Shown here: one piece after another, positions 1 to 7,738 of the stretch | How the letters are laid out: each line of letters starts with the position of its first letter | Numbering within the stretch: position 1 is the first letter of the stretch | IMG/VR virus record: IMGVR_UViG_3300014656_000081 | Coordinates: 1 to 35,122 of that record | Length of the DNA: 35,122 bases | Reading direction: 5' to 3' (one strand) | From: a virus | Taxonomy: Duplodnaviria; Caudoviricetes | The notes under the pieces: generated by a model | Seen by the model: the letters and a program-made list of their open reading frames with translations, nothing else | Database searches by the model: none | Told to the model about the DNA's origin: nothing | Position numbers and translations under genes: made by a program

Positions 1-2
1 GT

Positions 3-587
3 CCTCATAATAATGATGAGGCGTATAAGATGGCCGTTACCGATGCCCTCTCGACCGCATGTAAAATGCTTGGAGTGGCTTCGGATATTTATATGGGCCT
101 TTGGGATGGTGCCAAGTATATCGAAAAGGAACCAAGAAAACAAAAGCAGGCCAGGGATCAAAGTTCCGAGCAAACGGAACCGCCACCACCCGAATCCAAA
201 CCCCCAAAAACAGAACCTCCCCGAAAACCTGCGGAATGGACTCCGTATGAATCAGAGTTACAGACGCGTTATGGGTCGGACAAGGCTGCCATACTGAAAA
301 AGGAAGCCGAAAAGCTGAATATTGATATCACTGGAAAACTTCCCCGGGAAGTTCACCAAATGATACTCGGCTTCGACGCCAAGGTGAATCCTGAACCAAA
401 CGACTCTGTAGATGATCGGCTTGCTGTCGCGCAGCAAATCTGGATAGCCATAGACAAGGAAAACGCCAATGATCCTGTCGTTGTGGAAATGGCGCGAGTA
501 AACGCCAGACTTGATACGATACATCCTGAAAATCCTGATGAGGCTCAGAATTTATTAAATGAAATCGTGGCATTGAAAGCTAAATGA
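3..587 (+). CDS. Sak/Rad52-family single-strand annealing protein (5'-truncated by window edge)
   Basis: Frame is open from base 3 (PHNNDEAYKMAVTDALSTACKMLGVASDIYMGLWD); matches the Rad52/Sak K-x-A-x-TDAL...LG-x-x-x-D-x-Y pattern, then a Pro-rich linker. Confidence 0.75.
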   Translation, partial: PHNNDEAYKMAVTDALSTACKMLGVASDIYMGLWDGAKYIEKEPRKQKQARDQSSEQTEPPPPESKPPKTEPPRKPAEWTPYESELQTRYGSDKAAILKKEAEKLNIDITGKLPREVHQMILGFDAKVNPEPNDSVDDRLAVAQQIWIAIDKENANDPVVVEMARVNARLDTIHPENPDEAQNLLNEIVALKAK

Positions 588-593
588 TGAGAT

Positions 594-1037
594 ATGAAAC
601 AACCCGTTCCCATATTTGATGGCAAAATAATTCAAGGCAAGAACCGAAAAACGATCCAATACGCTCCAGGAGATGAGGCAGGCATTAAGCGTTGGATTCA
701 GACATTCAAAGTCGGCCAACGCCTTGATATCATCATCCGTCGGCATTCGAGTAAACGCACGAATGAGCAGAACGCTTATTATTGGGGTGTCGTGATCCCT
801 ATCCTTGCAGATTATTTCGGACATGACAACCCGGAAAACATGCACGAGGATCTAAAGTTGAAATTTAACCCGGTTGAAAGCAGGCTCACAAAAGGAAAGA
901 TCATTGGCGGAACGACAATAAAAATGAGTACGGTTGAATTTATGGTCGCAGAGGACAGCTATGTTGAGAGAATCTGTCGTTGGGCAGCCATGGAGTATCA
1001 AATCTACATACCCCCGCCGAAAAAGGACAAGAAATGA
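594..1037 (+). CDS. NinB/Orf-like recombination accessory protein
   Basis: KRTNEQNAYYWG motif typical of NinB/YbcN-like proteins; directly follows the SSAP gene. Confidence 0.6.
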   Translation: MKQPVPIFDGKIIQGKNRKTIQYAPGDEAGIKRWIQTFKVGQRLDIIIRRHSSKRTNEQNAYYWGVVIPILADYFGHDNPENMHEDLKLKFNPVESRLTKGKIIGGTTIKMSTVEFMVAEDSYVERICRWAAMEYQIYIPPPKKDKK

Positions 1038-1420
1038 ATCTACCGGTCAGGTCTAAAACATATCTCAAATGGCTGTTAACGCAACCGGCTTTATGCGACC
1101 ATAAAACAGAGGTCTACGCTCATCAGCCGCTTGACGGCAGTTCCAAGGGCAAGAAACCGAGCGATCTCTATGCCGTGCCTTTATGCGATACGTGCCACAA
1201 AATTGAGCACCAGGAGGGTAGGCTGTCTTTTTGGACAAACGTGTTCCGGTTGCCGGAAACAACGAAAACTTTTGAGTGCAAGGAGAGGGTCAACGGCCTT
1301 TTGGCCCTTGAGTGCATTAAATTGGCGAATAGGTTTCTGGTAGAGGACCTTTTACCAAAGAAAAATCTAACCAGGAAATTCAGCCGACAGAAAAAAGCGG
1401 CTGATTTCAGCGTTAGGTGA
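1034..1420 (+). CDS. DUF968/HNH-like Zn-binding putative nuclease
   Basis: ATG 1034 overlaps the upstream stop (ATGA); RSKTYLKWL..QP and KPSDLYAVPLCDTCH motifs; C-terminus runs through the attC-like site. Confidence 0.6.
   Translation: MNLPVRSKTYLKWLLTQPALCDHKTEVYAHQPLDGSSKGKKPSDLYAVPLCDTCHKIEHQEGRLSFWTNVFRLPETTKTFECKERVNGLLALECIKLANRFLVEDLLPKKNLTRKFSRQKKAADFSVR
1365..1418 (+). mobile_element. attC-like integron recombination site (complete, 54 bp)
   Basis: R'' ATCTAAC - CAGGA - L'' AATTCAGC - CGACAGAAAAAAGCG - L' GCTGATT - TCAGC - R' GTTAGGT; extra base in L'' and bulged A in CGAC/GCG as in classical attC. Confidence 0.8.
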
Positions 1421-1424
1421 TTCA

Positions 1425-1784
1425 ATGGAAAAAGAATACGTTGTTATACGTCCGATACGTGGCATTCAAACACTATGCGTAAAAGCAAAAAGTAAATCTG
1501 AAGCCAAACGACTTGTTGATTCATGGGCAAATTCTGTGGAAGGTATGCAATTGGATATTGAATGGTATGGAAAATCAATCCAAGCAATACCACAGAAAAC
1601 ACCTAAAAAGCCAGTTGAAAATGATTTACGAGGAGCCGGATACTCGCAAGAAGAAATCGATCAAATTATGCGGACATATGATTTTAGCCCAAATCCGGTG
1701 GTTGACCGGGCTAAATGCGCGACGTGTGGAGAGCCACTGATTATGGGAGTATGTGAAACCGGTTGCGGGAAGGTAGCGAAATAA
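1425..1784 (+). CDS. hypothetical protein, apparently chimeric (27 aa shared with virion protein 14227-14919; Cys-rich C-terminus)
   Basis: 119-aa ORF between two attC-like sites; stop TAA lies inside the R'' box AAATAAC. Confidence 0.6.
   Translation: MEKEYVVIRPIRGIQTLCVKAKSKSEAKRLVDSWANSVEGMQLDIEWYGKSIQAIPQKTPKKPVENDLRGAGYSQEEIDQIMRTYDFSPNPVVDRAKCATCGEPLIMGVCETGCGKVAK
1619..1699 (+). repeat. 81-bp dispersed repeat, copy 1 (inverted relative to 14348-14428)
   Basis: 80/81 identity to the reverse complement of 14348-14428; both encode NDLRGAGYSQEEIDQIM(R/G)TYDFSPNPV. Confidence 0.95.
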
Positions 1785-1813
1785 CCGCCCGGCAACTCAC
1801 TTTATCGTTATTG
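1779..1813 (+). mobile_element. internally deleted attC-like remnant
   Basis: R'' AAATAAC (contains stop) ... L'-like ACTCACT - TTATC - R' GTTATTG; L'' missing. Confidence 0.5.
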
Positions 1814-1826
1814 TACAGGGAGAAAC

Positions 1827-1988
1827 ATGAAACAGGATGCTTTATTTTCCGCCTTCCTCGCCGGGTCACTGAGAGCCGAATATTTGACCGAGTTTGATTT
1901 GGACGACGAAGAGATGGCGGAGATCAGACGTGATTTTGATAAATGGCTTAACGATAACCAGCAGTTCAACCCGACTGACGCGGGTTAA
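1827..1988 (+). CDS. small acidic hypothetical protein (53 aa)
   Basis: GGGAG RBS before ATG; MKQDALFSAFLAGSLRAEYLTEFDLDDEEMAEIRRDFDKWLNDNQQFNPTDAG*; ends in an attC-like site. Confidence 0.6.
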   Translation: MKQDALFSAFLAGSLRAEYLTEFDLDDEEMAEIRRDFDKWLNDNQQFNPTDAG

Positions 1989-2001
1989 CTGCGCGATTTA
2001 T
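1952..2001 (+). mobile_element. attC-like site with degenerate R'
   Basis: R'' CGATAAC - CAGCA - L'' GTTCAACC - CGACTGACGCG - L' GGTTAAC - TGCGC - GATTTAT; canonical extra C in L'' and bulged A. Confidence 0.7.
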
Positions 2002-2015
2002 ATGCTCTTTTAAAT

Positions 2016-2207
2016 TATGCGGGGAGCCGGAGTTGCCATCCGGTTTATGGGAGCCTTGGAAAGATCAAATGCCTGGCTGCCACGTGAGGAAGAATGCGGC
2101 AAGCAAGCCCATGTGACGAAGCATTTACGGGGGGGAGCCCCTCGACATCGAGCAATCGGTGTTTGTTAGGTAAAGTGGGGACTGTGAAGATACCCAAACC
2201 CCGCATA
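2016..2207 (+). ncRNA. candidate structured non-coding RNA between attC-like sites
   Basis: Terminal complementarity TATGCGGGG (2016-2024)/CCCCGCATA (2199-2207); internal hairpin CCGGA/TCCGG (2027-2043); no + strand ORF >=60 aa. Confidence 0.35.
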
Positions 2208-2228
2208 TAACAACGGCGTGGAGTAGAC
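2205..2228 (+). mobile_element. attC-like left half-site
   Basis: R'' ATATAAC - AACGG - L'' CGTGGAGT - AGAC; right arm degenerate. Confidence 0.45.
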
Positions 2229-2287
2229 GCTGAGAAAATGCAACTAATTGTATTGATTTAACGGGTTGCGGAATGTTGAAAAATTTT

Positions 2288-2590
2288 ATGGCAGATAAAA
2301 AAGAAAGTTTTCGTGATTTGGTATTAAAAAAAGCTGATGAAGGCAAAGTAGTTTTCATGACCCTTTTAGGCTTGATGGAAGCGGATCTTGAAGAATTTAT
2401 AGAGCAACCGACCGAAGGTTTGCTTTATGACTTGAATCGAGACAGAGTCACAGTTCTGACATTTATAGACGATCCCAAATGGGTTAATGATTTTGCTGTT
2501 GGCTTGGTGATAGCAAAACTTAAAGAAAAAATTGATAACCAATCAATTCAATCGGACTTTAAGCCCAAAAAGCAGATCCCGCCGCTCTAA
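2288..2590 (+). CDS. hypothetical protein
   Basis: MADKKESFRDLVLKK... ORF (alternative start 2273); 3' end runs through an attC half-site into the convergent gene. Confidence 0.65.
   Translation: MADKKESFRDLVLKKADEGKVVFMTLLGLMEADLEEFIEQPTEGLLYDLNRDRVTVLTFIDDPKWVNDFAVGLVIAKLKEKIDNQSIQSDFKPKKQIPPL
2533..2557 (+). mobile_element. attC-like left half-site, truncated at the convergent late gene
   Basis: R'' TGATAAC - CAATC - L'' AATTCAAT - CGGAC, followed almost at once by the stop codon of 2559-2924(-). Confidence 0.5.
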
Positions 2591-2924
2591 CTGCCTGATA
2601 CATGATTTCAGCGGTGATTTCTTTGACGCCGTTCTCAACAAGCATCTGATATAAAATAGAATCCGCGGTGTAGCGATCAATACCAAGCGAATGATCACCG
2701 TATAGGTAATCATGAATCAACGCCGGCACCATCACATCCGGATGGAACGGGGTGTAGGTGACCAGCCAGCCGATAGCCGGAATCGACGCGCCGTTATAAA
2801 TAAACCCCGCCGGTATGGTTATCAATAGAGTCTCACCGTCCACCGTGCATTTATACGAATACTCTTCAATCAGTTCGTATAAATTCTCTTTGGGCCGCGG
2901 TGTCAGTTTCGGTTGTGGTATCAT
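2559..2924 (-). CDS. DUF1353-family protein
   Basis: TIPAGFIYNGASIP and PALIHDYLY motifs; ATG 2924 overlaps the upstream stop. Confidence 0.8.
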   Translation of the reverse strand: MIPQPKLTPRPKENLYELIEEYSYKCTVDGETLLITIPAGFIYNGASIPAIGWLVTYTPFHPDVMVPALIHDYLYGDHSLGIDRYTADSILYQMLVENGVKEITAEIMYQAVRAAGSAFWA

Positions 2925-3262
2925 TTTTTCGTGCGCTCCTTTCCCCGAAATGGTCGCCTCCTTGTATTCCGATGGCATTGCAAATGGATATGTACCGGTT
3001 CCCCGTGATATAAACACACCTCATATTCCCGACGTTCCGGGTCATATTCCCATCTGCTGTTGATCCATTCTTTAATGGCTCTTCCGACAATAGCGGCATG
3101 GCAAGAAATGTCTACCGCTCGCAGGGGAATAGTGTCATGTATCCCGCCGCCACCTCTCCACAATGATGTGCATTTGAACGGGCCGATATTGGATTCCAAA
3201 TCTCTTATTATAAACCGCAGCGTCGGATGGAGAAAACCTATTTGCTCAAGATCCATCTCCAT
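2921..3262 (-). CDS. putative endolysin, M15-like Zn peptidase
   Basis: TSLWR..GIHDTIPLRAVDI...HIHLQ = H-x7-D and H-x-H Zn ligands; at the distal end of the late operon. Confidence 0.65.
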   Translation of the reverse strand: MEMDLEQIGFLHPTLRFIIRDLESNIGPFKCTSLWRGGGGIHDTIPLRAVDISCHAAIVGRAIKEWINSRWEYDPERREYEVCLYHGEPVHIHLQCHRNTRRRPFRGKERTKK

Positions 3263-3452
3263 GAATCACCTCGATAAACGATTTGCTTTCGTATGAATAC
3301 CATAAGTTTTCACGGCAGAAATGATATTTATGCCGTTTGAGTAGTCGGCTGAGCAGTATGTTTAACTGCTTCTCAGTGCTCAGATGATTTTCCAATTCCC
3401 AAGTTCTGTGGACATCGTACTCTTTGACGACAATGTTAATGTTGATGATCAC
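3246..3452 (-). CDS. hypothetical protein
   Basis: ORF fills the gap between co-oriented genes. Confidence 0.4.
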   Translation of the reverse strand: MIININIVVKEYDVHRTWELENHLSTEKQLNILLSRLLKRHKYHFCRENLWYSYESKSFIEVIHGDGS

Positions 3453-3453
3453 A

Positions 3454-4113
3454 TTAAATCCCGCCGGCCTGTCGTGTTAATCCATAGTGCTTTTTGGCTT
3501 CATCCCATTGATATAACTGAGCATTTTTTTCAGTTACGTGGACATAGACAATAATAAACTCCGGTTCAATCGGCATCCCGGTCTTATCATCAAGATCGAT
3601 GCAGAGCATGTATATGTCCGGGCCGTCGGATACCATTATCAAACCTACTTTGCCGTATTCCGGGAATTCAGCCTCTTCGAACGAGAGGGGATACCAGTCT
3701 AAAAGGTCATAAGGATCCACTGAAGAATCGTAAGTATAGGTAAAAATATCCTCATTCGTAAAGCTGAAAACGCATTGCCCTGAAGCGATTTTCTGGCGGT
3801 CCACTTTTTCGAGTTTGTTGTTTGCTGTCCATCGGGCCTCGTAATCTCCCGGTGGATAATCATGGTTTCCAATGGTTTTTTTACCGCTATCAACTCCCCC
3901 GCATGCGATATTTGTCGGTTCCGTTGTTTGATTTCTAAAAGGATGATCATGCCAATAAATGCAATAACTCAGGTCACGATTCGATTTGTTTACCATTAAA
4001 AATGTTACGGTTTCAGGTTCGGCAGGTAGGTTCAAATCTACCGTAACGCATCCAGAAATAATGACGATGACGAACACTGCGGCCAGCAACACTTTTGTCA
4101 CTGACTTTTTCAT
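3454..4113 (-). CDS. putative lipoprotein
   Basis: MKKSVTKVLLAAVFVIVIISGC signal with lipobox ISGC; AGGAG RBS upstream. Confidence 0.65.
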   Translation of the reverse strand: MKKSVTKVLLAAVFVIVIISGCVTVDLNLPAEPETVTFLMVNKSNRDLSYCIYWHDHPFRNQTTEPTNIACGGVDSGKKTIGNHDYPPGDYEARWTANNKLEKVDRQKIASGQCVFSFTNEDIFTYTYDSSVDPYDLLDWYPLSFEEAEFPEYGKVGLIMVSDGPDIYMLCIDLDDKTGMPIEPEFIIVYVHVTEKNAQLYQWDEAKKHYGLTRQAGGI

Positions 4114-4301
4114 TTTAATATACTCTCCTTGAATTTTGACCATGGGCAACACTTGACGGCATCGCCATACTGCAAATACCGTCGCTCACAGTCGTTACAG
4201 ATATATACAGGCACGGCTCCTCCTGCCGAACAGCAGTTAACCGCGTCGGCCAGTGTGTCGTGTTCCTTTTTGCATTTTAGGCATTGGTATCTTCGTTTCA
4301 T
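4110..4301 (-). CDS. small Cys-rich (Zn-finger-like) protein
   Basis: Two CxxC..A..CC repeats; translationally coupled with the next gene. Confidence 0.6.
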   Translation of the reverse strand: MKRRYQCLKCKKEHDTLADAVNCCSAGGAVPVYICNDCERRYLQYGDAVKCCPWSKFKESILK

Positions 4302-4403
4302 TTCTCATCTCTTTTTTGGTCCAGTGGTTATGATTCCAACATAGTTTGCACGGGCTATCCCATTGGTCACGGGTTGAAAGCCACTGGCAGGTAACGCAGA
4401 ATC

Positions 4404-4703
4404 TTATGCAACCAATAGGCGCATCACGTACCCGGCTATCGCACCTATTGCTGCACTCATCGCTGATAGTCCCATAATCCATCGTGTTGTCGGCAGATTT
4501 TTTTCAATCCTGATTATTCTTTCTTCGTTGAGCGCGACTCTGGTAACGATACCCTTGCCTCCATTATCATGGAGTGTTTTTAAAATCTGCTCGGAAAGAG
4601 CTTCTATCTTGCCAAGACACTTATTAAAGTTATCGAGGCGAGTTTGCAGTATCGCAATCGTTTCTTTTTGCTTACAGGATTTGTCGGTTTCGTCGACCAT
4701 CAT
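4404..4703 (-). CDS. coiled-coil protein with C-terminal TM helix (holin/XhlA-like candidate)
   Basis: Heptad-like N-terminus and hydrophobic C-terminus (WIMGLSAMSAAIGAIAGYVMRLLVA); lies between the RBP and lysis genes. Confidence 0.5.
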   Translation of the reverse strand: MMVDETDKSCKQKETIAILQTRLDNFNKCLGKIEALSEQILKTLHDNGGKGIVTRVALNEERIIRIEKNLPTTRWIMGLSAMSAAIGAIAGYVMRLLVA

Positions 4704-4727
4704 TTCCTGCTTTCATATCCGCTTACG

Positions 4728-5774
4728 TTATTTCGGCTCCGCGCGCCCGCGCCCGCCGCCCCTCGAATCCGCATCCCAGCGACAGTAATACGCATTACGA
4801 CACCGGGATCCGCAAGCCGCGCCATTGCTCCAATCGCCGCCCGCACGCAGCTTGACATCGCCATAGGTGCCTTGTTTATTCAATGAGCCCTTGGCACCTG
4901 ATAAATTTTCCCACCCCCACGTTGGGTCCCCCGTATCCGGCAACCCATCCGCCCGCCAGGACTGATCCCGCAGCCATTGGTACATGGCCCCGCAGCAATC
5001 TTCGCAGCCGATATTGCTGATCATTCGCCTACCGGCGGTATCAACATGTCCTCCGGTTGTGACCGGATCGGCGGAACCGGTAATATTGGTTTCTTCGTTG
5101 CTGCCGGCTGCGATCAGCTGAAACTCGATATCGTCTAAAAGCTGCTTTGCGACCGCGCCGAAATCATCGACAAAGTCCATCCAGTTGCGCGTATCGGAAA
5201 TGGTGCCTCCATTCGCAGATGCCGTACTTGCCCCGGTCCCGCTGGCCAGATAGATATCCACCCAGATATTTGCCGCATCGCTGTAGACCATCCCCTCAGG
5301 CTCACATATTGGACGATGCTTGAGATCCCAAATCGAGGCGGGTAAAATATCCTTTACAGCATAATCAGTCAAAGTGTGTCCACCGATTGTCCCGGCCGCC
5401 ACACAGAGTGTATGAAAGCCTCCGAGTTTACGACTGGTAGCCGCAGCAAAACCGGTCGGCCATGTGCTTGTCGTAGACATCTTAAAAACGAGCGTTCCTG
5501 AATTGTCACAGGCATATACATAGTAGTCGGTTCCTGCGGCAGAAGTGCCGGTATCCAGATCCGTATCAATATCGACATCGGTATCCGTATCGATTAGAAA
5601 CCAATTATCTCCAATCCGCAGAGGAATCAAGTTGCTGCCTTTAACCACTACCCTAGTATGATCAGTTGCATGGGCTTCAAGGATTCGATCTGATTTGTTT
5701 AGATAAATGTTGCCTAACACAGCTCCGGCTATAACGACATCCGAAACATCTTTTGTAATTTTCCTATTTGCCAT
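4728..5774 (-). CDS. Mtd-like (C-type lectin fold) receptor-binding protein, DGR-target type
   Basis: LGGFH, SIWDLKHRP.CEPEGMV, ISNIGCEDCCGAMYQW and terminal AGGDW..GAACGSR.R......W......GGRGRAEP motifs resemble Bordetella BPP-1 Mtd-family proteins. Confidence 0.8.
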   Translation of the reverse strand: MANRKITKDVSDVVIAGAVLGNIYLNKSDRILEAHATDHTRVVVKGSNLIPLRIGDNWFLIDTDTDVDIDTDLDTGTSAAGTDYYVYACDNSGTLVFKMSTTSTWPTGFAAATSRKLGGFHTLCVAAGTIGGHTLTDYAVKDILPASIWDLKHRPICEPEGMVYSDAANIWVDIYLASGTGASTASANGGTISDTRNWMDFVDDFGAVAKQLLDDIEFQLIAAGSNEETNITGSADPVTTGGHVDTAGRRMISNIGCEDCCGAMYQWLRDQSWRADGLPDTGDPTWGWENLSGAKGSLNKQGTYGDVKLRAGGDWSNGAACGSRCRNAYYCRWDADSRGGGRGRAEPK

Positions 5775-6021
5775 TTAACATCTCCTGGATTTCCTCTTTT
5801 GAAGAAAACCCTTTTTGCTTCCATATTGGCATCGGATTGTCAATTTCCTCTGTTATCAGATCCTCCGTTTCTTCTGACCCGGAAACCACTCTGATTGCTT
5901 TCGCATCATCATAATCCCTGAGTTTTTCCAAATCTTTTTTTGCCCGATCGGCAAACTCCGGCATCGACAAGAGGTTTTCGAAATCTTTTTTTGTTGCCAC
6001 TCTTTTTGGATATCCTATCAT
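5764..6021 (-). CDS. hypothetical protein (possible RBP chaperone)
   Basis: 85-aa ORF overlapping the start of the Mtd-like gene. Confidence 0.65.
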   Translation of the reverse strand: MIGYPKRVATKKDFENLLSMPEFADRAKKDLEKLRDYDDAKAIRVVSGSEETEDLITEEIDNPMPIWKQKGFSSKEEIQEMLNGK

Positions 6022-6031
6022 TAGCTTTCTC

Positions 6032-7339
6032 CTATCCTATTGTTGGATAAATTTTAAAATAATATATTGTTCCATCAAGGTTAACTACTGCGATTTTCGG
6101 GGTGCCGGAAAGTGTACCGCTTCCAACCCCTCTCATATTTCTAATATTTCCAACCAGCCCTGATTCGGAGCTGATAGTTGGGTATGCAGCAGCATAGTAT
6201 ATATTTCCTCCTATAGAAAATAATATACTTGTTTTGATCCCGGATAATGTTGCATCATCCGCATAAGCCATTGTAACCGAAGGCTCCCCAGAAGAACCTG
6301 CTTGAGCCGCAATTGTCGGATAAACCTTTATGTAATAGTTTTGACCTTGAATTGTATCATATATTTTAATGACTTTTGGCGTTCCGCTAAGAGTAGAATC
6401 TGAATACGTCAAAAGAGTAACAATTGAGCCTGCCAACGGCCCGAAATCCACCGCCGTCACTGTGGCAGTGCCGGTCGAGATAAGCCCGTGCCAGGTGTTG
6501 TTTATCACGCTGGCATCGGTCAGGGCCTGAACCGTATCGACAATAAGTCCGTTATAGAACACCCAGGTTTTACCTTCGGTTTTATCGTGCACGAGGCATG
6601 CTTGAGCGCCCTCGCTGTAGGTGATCGCAGTCGAGATAAGCGAGGTGTCCGTTCCTGCAACCCGCTTGAAGACCTGCAATTTCCCGGCTGTGCGATCCAC
6701 GTCGCAGAAAAGACCGTCCGTCGAAGCTACACTATCATTGGCACAGATGACGATCCCGGCAAGCTCACCGGCTGCTACATTAGCGGGAGTGTACCAATAT
6801 CGTCCTTCGGAATAACCGAGACTAGAGAAGGAGAGGATTGTTGACAAAGTTATTTTTTGCGCACAATTGCCTCCGGTTGTTTCTGCCGCCCCATACGCAG
6901 CCGTAGAGTGGATCTGGAATGTGTCGCCCGAGTTCCCGGTTAAATATACATACGCACTATTTAATTCTGTCATCTCAGTCAGGCCGGAAAGATAAACAAA
7001 ATCCCCATTTGAATATCCATGACCAGCGTTGAATGTTATGACGCCAGGGTTTGCTTTTGTTATTCCGCTAACGCCTTTTGCCGCCTCTTTAGTCTCCGTA
7101 TGCATCGCAGCGTTGGAGGAAATGGCGCCGGTGGCGGAGACCAAATTATGTCCCGATGTACTGGGTGGACGAGCATCAAGCCTTGTGCCGTTTGTCCCGG
7201 TAAAATCATCAATCTGGTCCCACAGAATGGCGCCGGCAACTGTTCGGAAACCCCCCGCAATTCTTAAATTACCGGCAAATGCAATAGAATTGAATAAAAG
7301 TGCAGGTATCAGAAGGAATAAAAGAAGATATTTTTTCAT
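6032..7339 (-). CDS. tail-associated beta-rich protein with signal peptide and three C-terminal repeats
   Basis: MKKYLLLFLLIPALLFNSIAFA signal; ITKANPGVIT..GHGYSNGD (FCCH-like) segment; TLSG..YY...YPTI x3. Confidence 0.65.
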   Translation of the reverse strand: MKKYLLLFLLIPALLFNSIAFAGNLRIAGGFRTVAGAILWDQIDDFTGTNGTRLDARPPSTSGHNLVSATGAISSNAAMHTETKEAAKGVSGITKANPGVITFNAGHGYSNGDFVYLSGLTEMTELNSAYVYLTGNSGDTFQIHSTAAYGAAETTGGNCAQKITLSTILSFSSLGYSEGRYWYTPANVAAGELAGIVICANDSVASTDGLFCDVDRTAGKLQVFKRVAGTDTSLISTAITYSEGAQACLVHDKTEGKTWVFYNGLIVDTVQALTDASVINNTWHGLISTGTATVTAVDFGPLAGSIVTLLTYSDSTLSGTPKVIKIYDTIQGQNYYIKVYPTIAAQAGSSGEPSVTMAYADDATLSGIKTSILFSIGGNIYYAAAYPTISSESGLVGNIRNMRGVGSGTLSGTPKIAVVNLDGTIYYFKIYPTIG

Positions 7340-7348
7340 CAGTCTACC

Positions 7349-7729
7349 TTACTCTTCTTTATAATAAATGACGTATCTTATCGTGCCGCCTGTCATCTCA
7401 ATATCAACGACAACTCCAGTCTGGAAATAAACATCAAACGGCAGGAAAACAGCTTGAGCTTTGTCACTGCTTGAAGTGGTGACCGTCCAGACAGGAATAA
7501 TTGCGGTACTTCCTGTAACCGCGGTCACAGCATCGTATATACTCACTGATGCGCTGTATGTACCGTCTGTTACCGCCATGATTCCCTTGAACCATCCGGC
7601 CCCGGTATAAATCAGGGCGTCCCCGGTCTGCTGGCTGCTCGTCTTATATCCCCATTGAGGATCACGAGCACCGGCTATCGCAGCGACTAAAAGTAACGCA
7701 ATTGCAATGATAATTAATTTTCTTCGCAT
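7349..7729 (-). CDS. small beta-rich virion-module protein with signal peptide
   Basis: MRRKLIIIAIALLLVAAIAGA signal; C-terminal PFDVYFQTGVVVD resembles PPVRFVSGISVT of 26796-27194. Confidence 0.6.
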   Translation of the reverse strand: MRRKLIIIAIALLLVAAIAGARDPQWGYKTSSQQTGDALIYTGAGWFKGIMAVTDGTYSASVSIYDAVTAVTGSTAIIPVWTVTTSSSDKAQAVFLPFDVYFQTGVVVDIEMTGGTIRYVIYYKEE

Positions 7730-7738
7730 TTTGACTCC

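Noticed and set aside
2165-2171. Isolated GTTAGGT core site
   Set aside because: No upstream L'/R'' partner; a 7-mer can occur by chance
4404-4727. DGR accessory gene, TR or RT downstream of the Mtd-like gene
   Set aside because: No VR-like second copy and no RT (YxDD-type) ORF found by eye anywhere in the window
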